DNA of 64,000 nt from Candidatus Multivoradales bacterium (GTDB lineage Bacteria; Acidobacteriota; Thermoanaerobaculia; Multivoradales; J023). Numbering within the stretch: the first letter of the stretch is position 1; every line of letters begins with the position of its first letter. The translations under genes and the position numbers were made by a program. Below are positions 1-9,727 of this stretch, one piece after another. The stretch is from the NCBI GenBank assembly GCA_965248925.1, contig CBDFLE010000004.1, positions 32,001 through 96,000 on the forward strand, in the 5' to 3' direction. Under the pieces are notes generated by a model. It worked only from the letters and a program-made list of their open reading frames with translations. It did no database searches and had not been told where the DNA came from.

Positions 1-99
1 ATTGGCAACGATGGCGAGGGTCAGGGCTACTTCGAGAGTGATCAACCAGAAACGCGCCTTATGATACATCAAGGCGCGGAATATGGGTCCAAAATGCAT
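1..99 (-). CDS. ABC transporter permease (MacB/FtsX-like), N-terminal part, runs off the window
   Basis: Hand translation MHFGPIFRALMYHKARFWLITLEVALTLAIVAN; GAGGAG RBS upstream; follows the first permease in the operon. Confidence 0.8.
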   Translation of the reverse strand, partial: MHFGPIFRALMYHKARFWLITLEVALTLAIVAN

Positions 100-126
100 T
101 GTAAGTCTCCTCTTGAATCCGCGGCG

Positions 127-1440
127 CTACTGGATTTTCAGGTAGGTTGCTGGCGCTACCCGACAGATTCTCCAAGAAGGATAGAGACCGGCGATCAAAC
201 CGGCCACCAGCGACAGAAACAAACCGGCCAAGATCATCCTGGCGTCGAGGTGAAAGTCCATGTTGTCGCCGAATAGGCGGTTGATTCCGGCCAGGGCCAC
301 TAACGACAGCCCGAGACCGAGCGTGCCTCCGAGAACGCCGATCAGCTCACATTCGACCAAGTGTTGCGTAAAGACCGAGGACCGGCTGGCGCCCAGCGCC
401 CGCCGCACGCCGATCTCCGGCGCTCGGGCGAGGAACTTGCCAAGCAAGATACCGATCAAATTGACCGAGCAAACGATCAGGAAGAGAAGCCCGACGATCA
501 GCATGGTGCGGGCTTCGTCTGGTGTCGCCTCTTGCTCGTCGAGCCATTCCATGACAGATGGCAACCGGTTGTTGAGCGGTCGTTGGAAGCGGCCCGCCGC
601 ACGCTGTTCTAGAGCCCAAGCATCGAGGTAGCTCTGGTAGGCCTGCTTCTGTTCGGCGGTATCGAGCTGCACCCACATCTGCAGCCAGATGCTCTCCGAG
701 GCCAAGTTATCCTCGAAAGTGTTGCCGGCCTGGTACTTCCAACCGTTGTCGTTGCCAGCGGTGCTGATCTCCATTGGCCTGGTCAACGACAATGGAAGAA
801 AGAGCGCTTCGGGATTTTGGAAAGTGTTATTGGTCAAGTCATAGAACTTCACGGTCGGGTTCCACGGCTTGAGGACGCCAACCACGGTGAAGGTGCGGTC
901 TTCGATGCGCACTGAATTACCCACCGAGTCTTCGCCGCCGAAGAGCTTTAAGTTGGAGGCGTGATCGAGTACTACAACAGTCTCGGCGTTGCGATCGGCG
1001 TCGGCATTCCAGGCGCCGCCGAAGGCGAACGGAATCTCAAAGAGATCGAAGAAGTCGGCGGTACAGAGGCGGCTGAGAGAACGATAGGGTCGCCGGCCTT
1101 CGCCTGCCGGATGAATCGTCAGATCGGCTTTGAACATGGCACTCTGAGCGGTTGGAATGCCAGAGGCCATGGCGCCTTGAGAATCCATCCAAGTGAGCTG
1201 GTCAGGCGGCTGCTCCGGTCGATCTGAGTCGTAAGGGCCGTCAGGGCTCCAAGCGTCCATTTGAACGTAGAACAAGCGGTCGCTTTTCTCCGGAATGGGA
1301 TCTTGCTCGATCAGGTAGTACGCCGCCACGGACGACGTCGAAACCGCGACCCCGAGACCAATGCCGAGGACCAATAGGATCGACAGCACCGGTGTCCGCA
1401 GCATGCTTTTCCAAGCGATGCGAAGTTGGTAAGCGAACAT
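127..1440 (-). CDS. ABC transporter permease (MacB periplasmic core + FtsX)
   Basis: N-terminal TM, large periplasmic domain, EIGVRRALGA motif and C-terminal TMs; start set at MFAYQLR after AGAGGAG. Confidence 0.9.
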   Translation of the reverse strand: MFAYQLRIAWKSMLRTPVLSILLVLGIGLGVAVSTSSVAAYYLIEQDPIPEKSDRLFYVQMDAWSPDGPYDSDRPEQPPDQLTWMDSQGAMASGIPTAQSAMFKADLTIHPAGEGRRPYRSLSRLCTADFFDLFEIPFAFGGAWNADADRNAETVVVLDHASNLKLFGGEDSVGNSVRIEDRTFTVVGVLKPWNPTVKFYDLTNNTFQNPEALFLPLSLTRPMEISTAGNDNGWKYQAGNTFEDNLASESIWLQMWVQLDTAEQKQAYQSYLDAWALEQRAAGRFQRPLNNRLPSVMEWLDEQEATPDEARTMLIVGLLFLIVCSVNLIGILLGKFLARAPEIGVRRALGASRSSVFTQHLVECELIGVLGGTLGLGLSLVALAGINRLFGDNMDFHLDARMILAGLFLSLVAGLIAGLYPSWRICRVAPATYLKIQ

Positions 1441-1450
1441 AGCTTCTCCT

Positions 1451-2185
1451 CTAGACCCGAACGCGGGGTTCGGGAGCGATGATCTCGGGGCGGTAGAGCG
1501 GCGTTGGCCTTTCTTGCTGATCGACATCGAGCAGGCGACCATCGAGCACATAGAGCTGACGCCCGGCGCGCGCTGCCATCTCAGGGTCATGAGTTACCAC
1601 CACCACGGTGGCGCCAATCTGATTGACTTTCTCGAGCAGGTCGCGGATCTCGTTGGCCATCGCCGTATCCAGGTTTCCTGTGGGCTCGTCGGCGAGAATC
1701 AACTGCGGTTTGCCGACCAGGGCCCGCGCCACCGCCACTCGCTGCTGCTGGCCGCCGGAAAGTTGCGACGGGTGGTGATGAATGCGCGACGACAGCCCGA
1801 CGATGTCCAGAGCTTCTTCGATCGCGGCTTTGCGATCGCGGGCGCCGACGCCGCGGTAGCGTAGCGGCACGTCGATGTTGTCGAAGACGTCGAGATCCGG
1901 AATCAGATTAAAGCTCTGAAAAACAAAGCCGATCTTCTCGTTGCGGATGCGCGACATCTGTCGGTCGGAGAGCCGCGACACGTCCGCGCCGTCGAGCTCA
2001 TAGGTGCCCTCTTCAAAGGTGTCGAGTAGCCCGACCACGTTCAGTAAGGTGGTTTTGCCCGAGCCCGAGGGACCCATCACCGAGACGAATTCACCGCTAT
2101 CGATTTTGACCGACAAACCAGCCAGGGCGTGGGTCTCTACATGTTCCGTACGGTAGATCTTTCGAACGCTCTTCAGGTGGATCAT
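1451..2185 (-). CDS. ABC transporter ATP-binding protein (LolD/MacB-like)
   Basis: Walker [17 protein letters not shown] signature, Walker [12 protein letters not shown]. Confidence 0.95.
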   Translation of the reverse strand: MIHLKSVRKIYRTEHVETHALAGLSVKIDSGEFVSVMGPSGSGKTTLLNVVGLLDTFEEGTYELDGADVSRLSDRQMSRIRNEKIGFVFQSFNLIPDLDVFDNIDVPLRYRGVGARDRKAAIEEALDIVGLSSRIHHHPSQLSGGQQQRVAVARALVGKPQLILADEPTGNLDTAMANEIRDLLEKVNQIGATVVVVTHDPEMAARAGRQLYVLDGRLLDVDQQERPTPLYRPEIIAPEPRVRV

Positions 2186-2283
2186 GCCCTCGTTCTCCTT
2201 CGCTTGCCGGTGCTGCCGGCGACGCTCACTTCTGGTAAACAGCTCAGATTTCTAAACCCATCTGGCAAGCTTGTTCTCGATCA

Positions 2284-3546
2284 CTAGTCGCGAACCAAAA
2301 CCCTTTCGGCGTCTTCGAAGCGCCGGGTGTCGGAGACGATGATGCGCTCGCCGACGGTCAGCCCACTGAGGATCTCGACCTCGGCAACCGACAAGGCGCC
2401 AATCTCCACCGTTCTGAGGACCGCCACGCCATCGGCGAGGACGTAAACAGCGCGCCCGCCACCGGCTTCGAGGAACGGTCCGCGCGGTACTTTGAGAACA
2501 TCCTCGTAGGTGTTGAGCACCAATCGGACCGAGACCCGTTGGTTCTGTTTCAGGCCGTTGGGGGATTCGCCGTCGAAGACGACGATCGCCGGTACTCGGT
2601 TGCCTTCGATCTGCGGCGCGATGCTCTTGACGCTGCCCGCCCACTGCCGACTGGCATAAGTGATCACCGCCGGCGTACCGGGCCGGGCATCGTCGGCGTA
2701 AGCTTCTGGGACGGGAACTTCGACTTCGAAGGCCGAGAGGTCGACAATCGTCACCAGCGCTTGGCTCTGGGCGACGGTGTCGCGATCAGTGGCTTCGACT
2801 CGGGCCACCAGACCATCGACTGGCGCCCGCAGAGTGAGCTCATCGACCTGGCGCTCGAACTCCTCGACCGCTAGCCGCTGGCGCTCGACTCGTGCTTGAC
2901 GATCACGGGTTTCGAAACCGAAGCGCTCGTCATCGAACCCGGTTTGATTGCGAGCTGCCACCAGGCGCATCTCAGCGACCGTTACGCCGTCTTCAGCCGC
3001 TTCGAGCTGAACCTTGTTGACCAAGCCCTCGACCTCTAACAAGCGCTGCCGCGTGAGAGCCTTTCGGGCCGCTTCGAGCTCGACCGAACGCAGGGCGCTG
3101 GCTGCCTCGTTGCGCAGCCGGGATTGCTTGGCCTGCACCCGTTGGCGTTCGAGGTCAGCGCGCAGCGACAGTAGGGTGGATTGTTCCTGCTGCAACAAGC
3201 TCCGGACCTGCGGGCTCTCCACTTCGACCAAGGCGGCGCCAGCCGTCACGACTTCACCAACCCTGACCCGCACTCGCACCGTACCGGCAGCCGGACTGGA
3301 GAGGGTTGGCGAGAACGCCGCGACCACCTGTCCCTGGACGGCTACCTCGCGGACAAGATCGCCGCGGGTGACTTTGCCAATTCGCACGCGGCTCGAGTCG
3401 ACCGAAGTCTCCGAAGTCGCCCAACGCCGCACCGGGGGGTAAGCGAGCGCCGCCAGGAGGCCGATGGCTAGAATCCCAATGACCCAGCGCCATTTCGTTG
3501 GACCTCTTTCAACCGCCCGGTCCATTTCTGCTGTGCTTTTGATCAT
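2284..3546 (-). CDS. Efflux periplasmic adaptor (membrane fusion protein)
   Basis: N-terminal TM, lipoyl half-motifs (SPAAGTV, RAPVDG) flanking a coiled coil; first gene of the ABC operon. Confidence 0.9.
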   Translation of the reverse strand: MIKSTAEMDRAVERGPTKWRWVIGILAIGLLAALAYPPVRRWATSETSVDSSRVRIGKVTRGDLVREVAVQGQVVAAFSPTLSSPAAGTVRVRVRVGEVVTAGAALVEVESPQVRSLLQQEQSTLLSLRADLERQRVQAKQSRLRNEAASALRSVELEAARKALTRQRLLEVEGLVNKVQLEAAEDGVTVAEMRLVAARNQTGFDDERFGFETRDRQARVERQRLAVEEFERQVDELTLRAPVDGLVARVEATDRDTVAQSQALVTIVDLSAFEVEVPVPEAYADDARPGTPAVITYASRQWAGSVKSIAPQIEGNRVPAIVVFDGESPNGLKQNQRVSVRLVLNTYEDVLKVPRGPFLEAGGGRAVYVLADGVAVLRTVEIGALSVAEVEILSGLTVGERIIVSDTRRFEDAERVLVRD

Positions 3547-3573
3547 CGTGTTCGTCCTCTTGCTGATCACAAC

Positions 3574-3590
3574 AGCAACTCTTGTGCCAC
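3574..3590 (-). promoter_or_regulatory. Sigma-54 (-24/-12) promoter of the efflux operon
   Basis: Minus strand reads TGGCAC-AAGAG-TTGCT, matching TGGCAC-N5-TTGCW, about 30 bp upstream of the adaptor start. Confidence 0.8.
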
Positions 3591-3671
3591 TACCCGGAGC
3601 TGGATGGTAAGTATTTATTTTCAGTCACTTGAAGAAACCTAGAGGGCCTGGGCGGCAGCCCGCTCGGACGA

Positions 3672-3704
3672 GTGTCCGGCAACCACCCGGACACCTGTCC
3701 GGTT
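3672..3704. promoter_or_regulatory. Putative enhancer (UAS) for a sigma-54 activator
   Basis: Inverted repeat GTGTCCGG-N7-CCGGACAC plus a further TGTCCGG half-site, about 85-115 bp upstream of the sigma-54 promoter; AT-rich IHF-like tract at 3608-3632 lies between. Confidence 0.55.
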
Positions 3705-3821
3705 GCCGCGCTGTGGCCATCGAAGGCAGCGCGAGGCGCTTTCTTTGCCTTGTGATATTTTGCTTTCGCAGGCGTCCTGGGCGGGGCGGTTTGTCCGCCG
3801 AGGGGCAGTACTAAACCATCA

Positions 3822-3915
3822 GAGGCCGCACTGGGATGCAGGGAAGTGGAGAAAAAATTCCGCCGCCCCGCGACTGTCAGCGTCACCTTCGGGTAGGCGT
3901 GAGCCAGATTCCTCG
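3822..3915 (+). ncRNA. Cobalamin-riboswitch-like element
   Basis: Ordered motifs AGGGAA, hairpin, GCCCCGCGACTGT, UUCG hairpin, GAGCCAGA, closed by GAGG/CCTC pairing. Confidence 0.55.
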
Positions 3916-3959
3916 CCCCCTCCCAGATACCTCGTCCCCCCCAAGAAGGTGCCCCCCCA

Positions 3960-4450
3960 AGAAGGGCCGGTGGCATGAGCAAAGGGGACGCAAAACGTTC
4001 AGGCAATCTTGCGGTGGAGGGCGAGAAACTTTGATAACCCCAGTAAGAGGGCGCCATCCTCTTGAACGGCTCGGAATTACCCCGCAAGGTCTGGTGGGAT
4101 CGGCCTCCCAGCAACCCCGCCTTCCGCCGCCTTTCTGAGCAGCTAGGATCAGTCGTAGAAGGTGACTGATTTTGGCTGAAAACGCGGAGCGGCCGCGCCC
4201 TCGTCGGAGCAGGGCGTCTTGGCAAGGAAGTGATACGGCAGATGAAATACCGACATCAACAGCGGCGGGCGTCGACGGACTCTTCCTACGCTCGAGAAGG
4301 CCCAGGAAACCCACCCCTTGTGGGGGCAGGAAATCTGACTAAGTAGAGGTTTCGGAAACTAAACAAGCGCCTGAAAACAGGCGTGTTGCTCTTCGTCCCG
4401 CCAGGGACGTCACACCATAGCGAGGGATTTCAATCCCTCGTGGACCTACA
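3960..4450 (+). ncRNA. Candidate large structured ncRNA of unknown family
   Basis: No credible ORF; dense run of hairpins (AAGAGG/CCTCTT, CCGCAAGG, ATCAGTC/GACTGAT, GTTTCGGAAAC, CGCCTG/CAGGCG, CGTCCC/GGGACG, CGAGGGATT/AATCCCTCG). Confidence 0.5.
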
Positions 4451-4466
4451 AATCCTCTTCGATCAC

Positions 4467-6242
4467 CTACTCCGCCACGTCGGCCAGCGCCGCCAACCGC
4501 GCGGCTTCAAACTCATCGCCCTGGTTCCAAGTCGGCATCTGATCCGCGTTGGCGATGTGCAGACCGGCAAAGAAGCCGGCACGGGTATCTTCGATGACCC
4601 CATCCCAGACCCAATGGTCTTCGAGTTCGTCGCTAGGCTGGTGGTAGTCGATCTCGGTCCAGCGCTCCATGGTGGCCAGCACCGAGCCGTCCGGGTCGTC
4701 GCGGAAATCGACGCCGCCATCGAAATAGATCGCCGGCACGCCGATCTTCGCCAGGTTGAACTGATCGGAGCGGTAGAAGTAACCCCGATCCGGGTGCTGG
4801 TCGCCGACCACGGTGCGGTCTTGGCGCGCCGCCACCGCCTCGACCACTGCGTCGAGACTGCTCTTGCCATAGCCGATGAAGGGCAGATCGCGAGTGCGGC
4901 CCCAGATGTTGGCGCCGTCGAAGTTCAGGTTGGCGGCCAGCCGACCGGGGTGGACGCTGGGGTGAGCGGAGTAGTGTTTCGAGCCCAGCAGACCTTGCTC
5001 TTCCGCGGCGACGAAAGCAAACAGGATCGACCGTCGCGGCGCCTGCGGTAGCTCGCTGAAGGCCTTGGCGATCGCCAGCACGGTGGCGGTGCCGGCCGCG
5101 TTGTCGAGGGCGCCGTTGTAGATTCCGTCGCCGGTGTCGTCGGCCTTGCCGATGCCGAGGTGGTCGTGATGAGCGGTGAAGATCACCACCTCTTCGGCGA
5201 GTTCCGGGTCGCTGCCGGGCAGCAGACCCAGCACGTTGGCGGTCTCGGCGCCGGGGTTGATCTTGTTGACCAGCTCGAGCGAGGTGGTCAGGCCCAGGGG
5301 CACCGGGGCGAAGTCGGGGGATTTGGCGCTCTCGATCAACTGTTCGAGGTCGTGGCCGGCGGCCTGCATCAGCTTGCCGGCGGCATCCCAACTCACCCAG
5401 GCTTCGACCGGAACGCGGGGTTCGTCGCCGGCCGGCAGCTGGAACTGCTCGCCGGTCCAGGAGGTCTGCACCACCTGGAAGGGATAGCCGGCCGAGGGGG
5501 TGGTGTGGATGATGATCGCACCGGCCGCGCCCTGGCGGGCGGCGCTCTCATATTTGTAGGTCCAGCGGCCGTAGTAGAGCCGGCGATCACCTTGGAAGAG
5601 CTCAGGATCCCAATCCGGGTCGTTGTTGAGTATCACCAAGGTCTTGCCGCTCAGGTCAGTCCCTTGGAAATCGTCCCAGCCGTATTCCGGCGCCTCGATG
5701 CCGTAGCCGACGAAGACCAACTCGGAGTCGCTGATCACTGAACGCTCTTGTTGGATACCGCTGCCGGCGATGAACTCGTCCCAAAAAGCTAGATCGATGG
5801 TCTTGCCGTCGGTGCTGGAGAAGGACCAGGTGTCGGGGGCCGTGGTGTCGATGCCGACCAGCTGGAAACTCTGTTCCCAGCTGCCATCGCTGCCGCCGGG
5901 CTCGAGGCCCAAAGCTTGTAGCTCTTGGATCAGGTAGTGGCGGGTTTTGGCGTCGCCGGCGCTGCCCGGTCCTCGACCCTCGTAGCTGTCGTTGCCGAGT
6001 TCGGCAATCGGCGCCCGCAGCAGCTCGGCGGTGATCACCTCGGCGGCCTGCTCGGCGCCCTCGGGGACGATCAGCAAAAATGGGTCGGGCTTGGTGGTCG
6101 GCTCGCTCGGTGCCTCGGCCGGGGTGCAAGCCTGAGTCGTGGCCAGCAGCAGGGCCAGCATCGGGTAGCTGATTAGGTGAGTCACCGCGCCTCTACGCTG
6201 TTGGCGACGGTGCAATCCGGGAAGACGGTCGGAATCGGCCAT
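4467..6242 (-). CDS. M28 family metallopeptidase with PA domain, probable lipoprotein
   Basis: TAHHDHLG, GALDNAAG, AEEQGLLGS, RSD and YHQPSD motifs; lipobox-like TQAC; GGAG RBS. Confidence 0.9.
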   Translation of the reverse strand: MADSDRLPGLHRRQQRRGAVTHLISYPMLALLLATTQACTPAEAPSEPTTKPDPFLLIVPEGAEQAAEVITAELLRAPIAELGNDSYEGRGPGSAGDAKTRHYLIQELQALGLEPGGSDGSWEQSFQLVGIDTTAPDTWSFSSTDGKTIDLAFWDEFIAGSGIQQERSVISDSELVFVGYGIEAPEYGWDDFQGTDLSGKTLVILNNDPDWDPELFQGDRRLYYGRWTYKYESAARQGAAGAIIIHTTPSAGYPFQVVQTSWTGEQFQLPAGDEPRVPVEAWVSWDAAGKLMQAAGHDLEQLIESAKSPDFAPVPLGLTTSLELVNKINPGAETANVLGLLPGSDPELAEEVVIFTAHHDHLGIGKADDTGDGIYNGALDNAAGTATVLAIAKAFSELPQAPRRSILFAFVAAEEQGLLGSKHYSAHPSVHPGRLAANLNFDGANIWGRTRDLPFIGYGKSSLDAVVEAVAARQDRTVVGDQHPDRGYFYRSDQFNLAKIGVPAIYFDGGVDFRDDPDGSVLATMERWTEIDYHQPSDELEDHWVWDGVIEDTRAGFFAGLHIANADQMPTWNQGDEFEAARLAALADVAE

Positions 6243-6389
6243 CGGAGTCTCCTATAGGGTGTTTCTGTAGGGTGTTTTGGGGAAGTCGTCGGGGCCTGTG
6301 AACTGGCGGCGGAGACGGTGATACTAGCAGTGGTGCTCCGTCTTTTCAGGATTGGCGCGGTGACCAGGCGCGAAGGATAGAATCCCGGA

Positions 6390-7145
6390 ATGAAATTGGG
6401 ACTGGCGCGAGATTTCTTGTACGTCAACTGGGCGCTGCCGCTGGCCGCCGCGCCGGCGCTGCCGGCCAATCTGAGCTACGAGGTACACCGTGCCGCCGAC
6501 GGCCGGCAGATGATCTTTGTCTCGGCGTTGCTGTTTCGTTTCTCCGGGCCACAATTGCTGTCGACACCGGTGATGCGCCTGTCCTATCCGCAGATGCACC
6601 TGCGCACCTACGTGCTTGACGAGGGCCGGCGACAGGCGGTGCTGTTCCTGCACTGGCTGGTGCCGCCGTGGGTGCTGCCGGCCTCGCGCTTGCTCAGCCG
6701 CCGGCCGGCGAAGGCAGCTGAGTTTGACTATCCGTCGTCGATTCAGCAGCAGGATAAGCACGGCTGGAGCTGGAGGATCCGCCGTCTTGCCGGTCTCGAG
6801 ATTCGCGGACGCTTGTCGGTACCCAGTGCTCCGCGTCCGCCGCGGGTCGGTAGCTGGAGCGAAACCGTGACTTACTTCAGCCAGCGGTCTCGCGGCTACG
6901 TGCTGCACCAGGGTGGCCTGCGCAAGATTCGCGCCGCCCGCTCGCCGGTAGAAGTCTGGCCACTGGCGATCGAAGTTCGCGAGTTCGGTTTGTTGGCTGA
7001 TATCCTCCCTGGCCCGGCCCCCGAGCTGTGGTCCGAACCGCACTCCGCTTGGTTGTGTCCCGACATGCCCAGTGTCTTCGAACTCGACCTCTCCCTGCGC
7101 AGCGTGCTGCCACGATCGCCGACCCCGGTGGCCGAAAGCTGCTAG
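6390..7145 (+). CDS. YqjF/DUF2071-like protein
   Basis: DFLYVNWA...YPQMHLRTYV...AVLF pattern resembles this family. Confidence 0.6.
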   Translation: MKLGLARDFLYVNWALPLAAAPALPANLSYEVHRAADGRQMIFVSALLFRFSGPQLLSTPVMRLSYPQMHLRTYVLDEGRRQAVLFLHWLVPPWVLPASRLLSRRPAKAAEFDYPSSIQQQDKHGWSWRIRRLAGLEIRGRLSVPSAPRPPRVGSWSETVTYFSQRSRGYVLHQGGLRKIRAARSPVEVWPLAIEVREFGLLADILPGPAPELWSEPHSAWLCPDMPSVFELDLSLRSVLPRSPTPVAESC

Positions 7146-7408
7146 CCCAGCCGTTGCGTAGTGGTAAGAGCTGAACTGTTTCCCGGTTCCGAGATCGGGC
7201 CAGGGGGGTGTGGGTCGGGGCGGCTAGGATCGGCGGCTGGCAAGGGTAGAATAGGCCGGTAGCCGAGACGGTGGTGCGGGCTTCTCCGTACCATCGGGTG
7301 AGGATTCATCCGGTCGTCGGCGCTGGCGCCGGGACCGTAGCTTGCCGATGCACAGCCCACCACATCGACCCCATTCGGCAGCCAAGGCTGCCCGACAGCT
7401 AGGAGCCC

Positions 7409-8326
7409 ATGGCTTTGGCTACCGCTGAAACGCGCTCCAGCGCCGCCCCCTGGGCTCGGGTTCTGGGCGCCTACCTCGATGCTCTGACCGCCGAGCGTGG
7501 ATTGGCGGCGAATTCGGTGGCGGCCTATGGTCGCGATCTGCGTCGTTTGGCAGAGGATTTGAAGTCTGCTGACCAGCTGCTCAGCGCTGGTCCTGCCGAG
7601 TTGCAAGCCCACCTGCGCCGGCTGCGCCGCCGCGGCTTGGCGTCACGCTCGATCAGTCGTGCCCTGGCCTCGATCCGTGGCTTCTACGGCTGGCTGGTGG
7701 AGACCGGCGAGCGCGGTGACGATCCCGCCGTTCACCTGGTGTCGCCCAAGACCTGGCGCTCGCTGCCCAAGGTGCTGGGCGAAGGGCAGGTCGAGGCTTT
7801 GCTCGCCGCCCCGGACACCGAGACTCTGCTCGGCTTGCGTGACAAGGCGATGATCGAGCTGCTCTATGCCTCGGGCTTGCGGGTCAGCGAGCTGGTCGGT
7901 CTGACTCTGACCCAGCTGCGCCTCGACAGCGGCTTCCTGATCGCCTGGGGCAAGGGGCGCAAGGAACGGATCGTACCGGTCGGCGAGGGTGCCGAGCGCT
8001 GGTTGGGACGTTGGCTCGGGGAGGGACGGCCGGTCCTGGTGAAGGGGCGCCACGAGGTGGTATTCGTCAATCGCCGAGGGGTCGGCATGACCCGCCAAGG
8101 ATTCTGGAAGATCCTCCGCGGCCATGGCCAGCAGGCCGGCTTGGCCGAGGTCTCGCCGCACATGCTGCGCCACAGCTTCGCCAGCCACTTGCTGGAGCAC
8201 GGTGCCGACCTGCGGGCGGTGCAGATGATGCTCGGCCATGCCGACATCACGACCACCCAGATCTACACCCACATTCATCAGCGGCGCTTGAAACAGCTCT
8301 ATGAGGAGTTCCATCCCCGTGCCTGA
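7409..8326 (+). CDS. xerD: Site-specific tyrosine recombinase XerD
   Basis: ERGLAANSVAAY, LYASGLRVSEL, GKGRKERIVP, MTRQGFWK, SPHMLRHSFASHLL, LGHADITTTQIY. Confidence 0.9.
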   Translation: MALATAETRSSAAPWARVLGAYLDALTAERGLAANSVAAYGRDLRRLAEDLKSADQLLSAGPAELQAHLRRLRRRGLASRSISRALASIRGFYGWLVETGERGDDPAVHLVSPKTWRSLPKVLGEGQVEALLAAPDTETLLGLRDKAMIELLYASGLRVSELVGLTLTQLRLDSGFLIAWGKGRKERIVPVGEGAERWLGRWLGEGRPVLVKGRHEVVFVNRRGVGMTRQGFWKILRGHGQQAGLAEVSPHMLRHSFASHLLEHGADLRAVQMMLGHADITTTQIYTHIHQRRLKQLYEEFHPRA

Positions 8327-9065
8327 GCCGCGTCCGAAGAGGCGCCATCGGCGACCTCGCCAGCGGTGCTGGCGGCCCTTGCTCGGCTTGACCCTGATGG
8401 TGGCCGGCTTGATCGCCGGCTCTGGACGCTCTTTCGCTGAGTTGGTGGTGTTCACCGACGGCCGCTTCACCAAGGTGGTGAGCTACGCCGTCGAGGGCGA
8501 TCGGCTGCGGCTGGGCATGCCCTTTGGGGGTGAGATGGTGGTGTCGATGTTGCGGGTGGATCGCATCCTCGAAGACGAGATCGTGGCCCAACCTGAGCCG
8601 CTGCCCGAGCCTGAGCCGCAGGTGTTCTCGCTGCGCTTCGCCGAACATCAACCGGTGCCGACCGGTCCCCATGCGGAGTTGATCTACGCCGCGGCTCGCC
8701 GCCACCAGCTCAATCCGGCGTTGGTGGTGGCGGTGATCCGCGCCGAGTCTGCCAATGATTCGACAGCGGTCTCGCCCAAGGGCGCGCAGGGCTTGATGCA
8801 GCTGATGCCCGCCACCGCCCTGCGTTTCGGGCTGGCTGGCGACGCGGTCTTCGAGCCGCAGGGCAATATCGACGCCGGCACCCGCTATCTGCGCTGGCTG
8901 ACCGATCATTTCGAGGGCCGGCTGCCCTGGGTGTTGGCCGGCTACAATGCTGGCGAGGGGACCGTGGCACGCTATGGCGGCGTGCCTCCCTATCGCGAAA
9001 CCCGCGAGTACATCCGCCGCATCTACCGTTTCCTCGGCCTCGATCTCGACGCAGAGGCGTTGTAG
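8319..9065 (+). CDS. Lytic transglycosylase (SLT domain)
   Basis: AVIRAES, AVSPKGAQGLMQLMP, AGYNAGEG and PPYRETREY motifs; N-terminal signal or TM segment. Confidence 0.9.
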   Translation: MPEPRPKRRHRRPRQRCWRPLLGLTLMVAGLIAGSGRSFAELVVFTDGRFTKVVSYAVEGDRLRLGMPFGGEMVVSMLRVDRILEDEIVAQPEPLPEPEPQVFSLRFAEHQPVPTGPHAELIYAAARRHQLNPALVVAVIRAESANDSTAVSPKGAQGLMQLMPATALRFGLAGDAVFEPQGNIDAGTRYLRWLTDHFEGRLPWVLAGYNAGEGTVARYGGVPPYRETREYIRRIYRFLGLDLDAEAL

Positions 9066-9198
9066 GCCAGCAGCTCTGCGGCACGCCGTCCTTGCCCTGC
9101 TAGCATCATCCTTCGAGCTTGAGAGGTCTGATCGCCGCTACCACCAAATACCTGGTGGGTCGAAGTGGCGTCGACGGCTCGGTGCAGGAGGTTCGTTG

Positions 9199-9678
9199 AT
9201 GAAGTACCGCACGATCACCTTGCTAGCAGTGTTCTTTCTGCTGCTGCTGTTCGCGGCGTTGAACTGGGAAGCGTTCTCGTCGACCACCACCTTGAATTTG
9301 CTGGTCGGCAAGATCGAGGCGCCACTGGGCGGGGTCATGCTGGCCACCGTGGCCATTCTGACCTTGGTCTACTTGCTGCTGTTGGCACGTCAGGAAGCCG
9401 CCTCGCTGATCGCCAGCCGTAGTCGGCAGAAAGAGCTCGATAAAGCTCGCAAGCTGGCCGACAGCAAAGAGGCATCGCGGATCCACGAGCTCGAAGAGTT
9501 GGTCAAGAGCGAGTTGGGTGAGCTGCGGCAGAGGCTCGATCTGGTGGTCGAATTCGTCCAGGAGACCGATGTGCTGGTAGGCCGACCGGCGTTAGCTGTC
9601 GGTCCGGTGCCGGCCGCTGAGGCGGCCGGCACCGGCGATTCGATCGAGCCCTCGACGGCAGACGAACCAGTTCCTTAG
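9199..9678 (+). CDS. LapA-like membrane protein
   Basis: Two TMs with FAALN...LNLL...EAPLG then a coiled coil; AGGAGG RBS. Confidence 0.65.
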   Translation: MKYRTITLLAVFFLLLLFAALNWEAFSSTTTLNLLVGKIEAPLGGVMLATVAILTLVYLLLLARQEAASLIASRSRQKELDKARKLADSKEASRIHELEELVKSELGELRQRLDLVVEFVQETDVLVGRPALAVGPVPAAEAAGTGDSIEPSTADEPVP

Positions 9679-9727
9679 ACTTGCTCCGAAGCCGGTGGTG
9701 GGACGCTGTTCACCGACTTCTGAGAGT

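Noticed and set aside
3590-4314. ORFs 3590-4225, 3836-4138 and 3883-4314
   Set aside because: Pro/Arg/Gly-rich translations with no recognisable domain; better explained as promoter DNA plus structured RNA
3980-4450. tmRNA or tRNA-like gene (GGGGACG start and a T-arm-like terminal hairpin)
   Set aside because: No pairing acceptor stem with CCA, no GTTCRA T-loop and no tag ORF ending in Ala-Ala-stop
7409-8326. xerD as the integrase of a mobile element
   Set aside because: Has chromosomal XerD signatures and housekeeping neighbours; no att repeats seen
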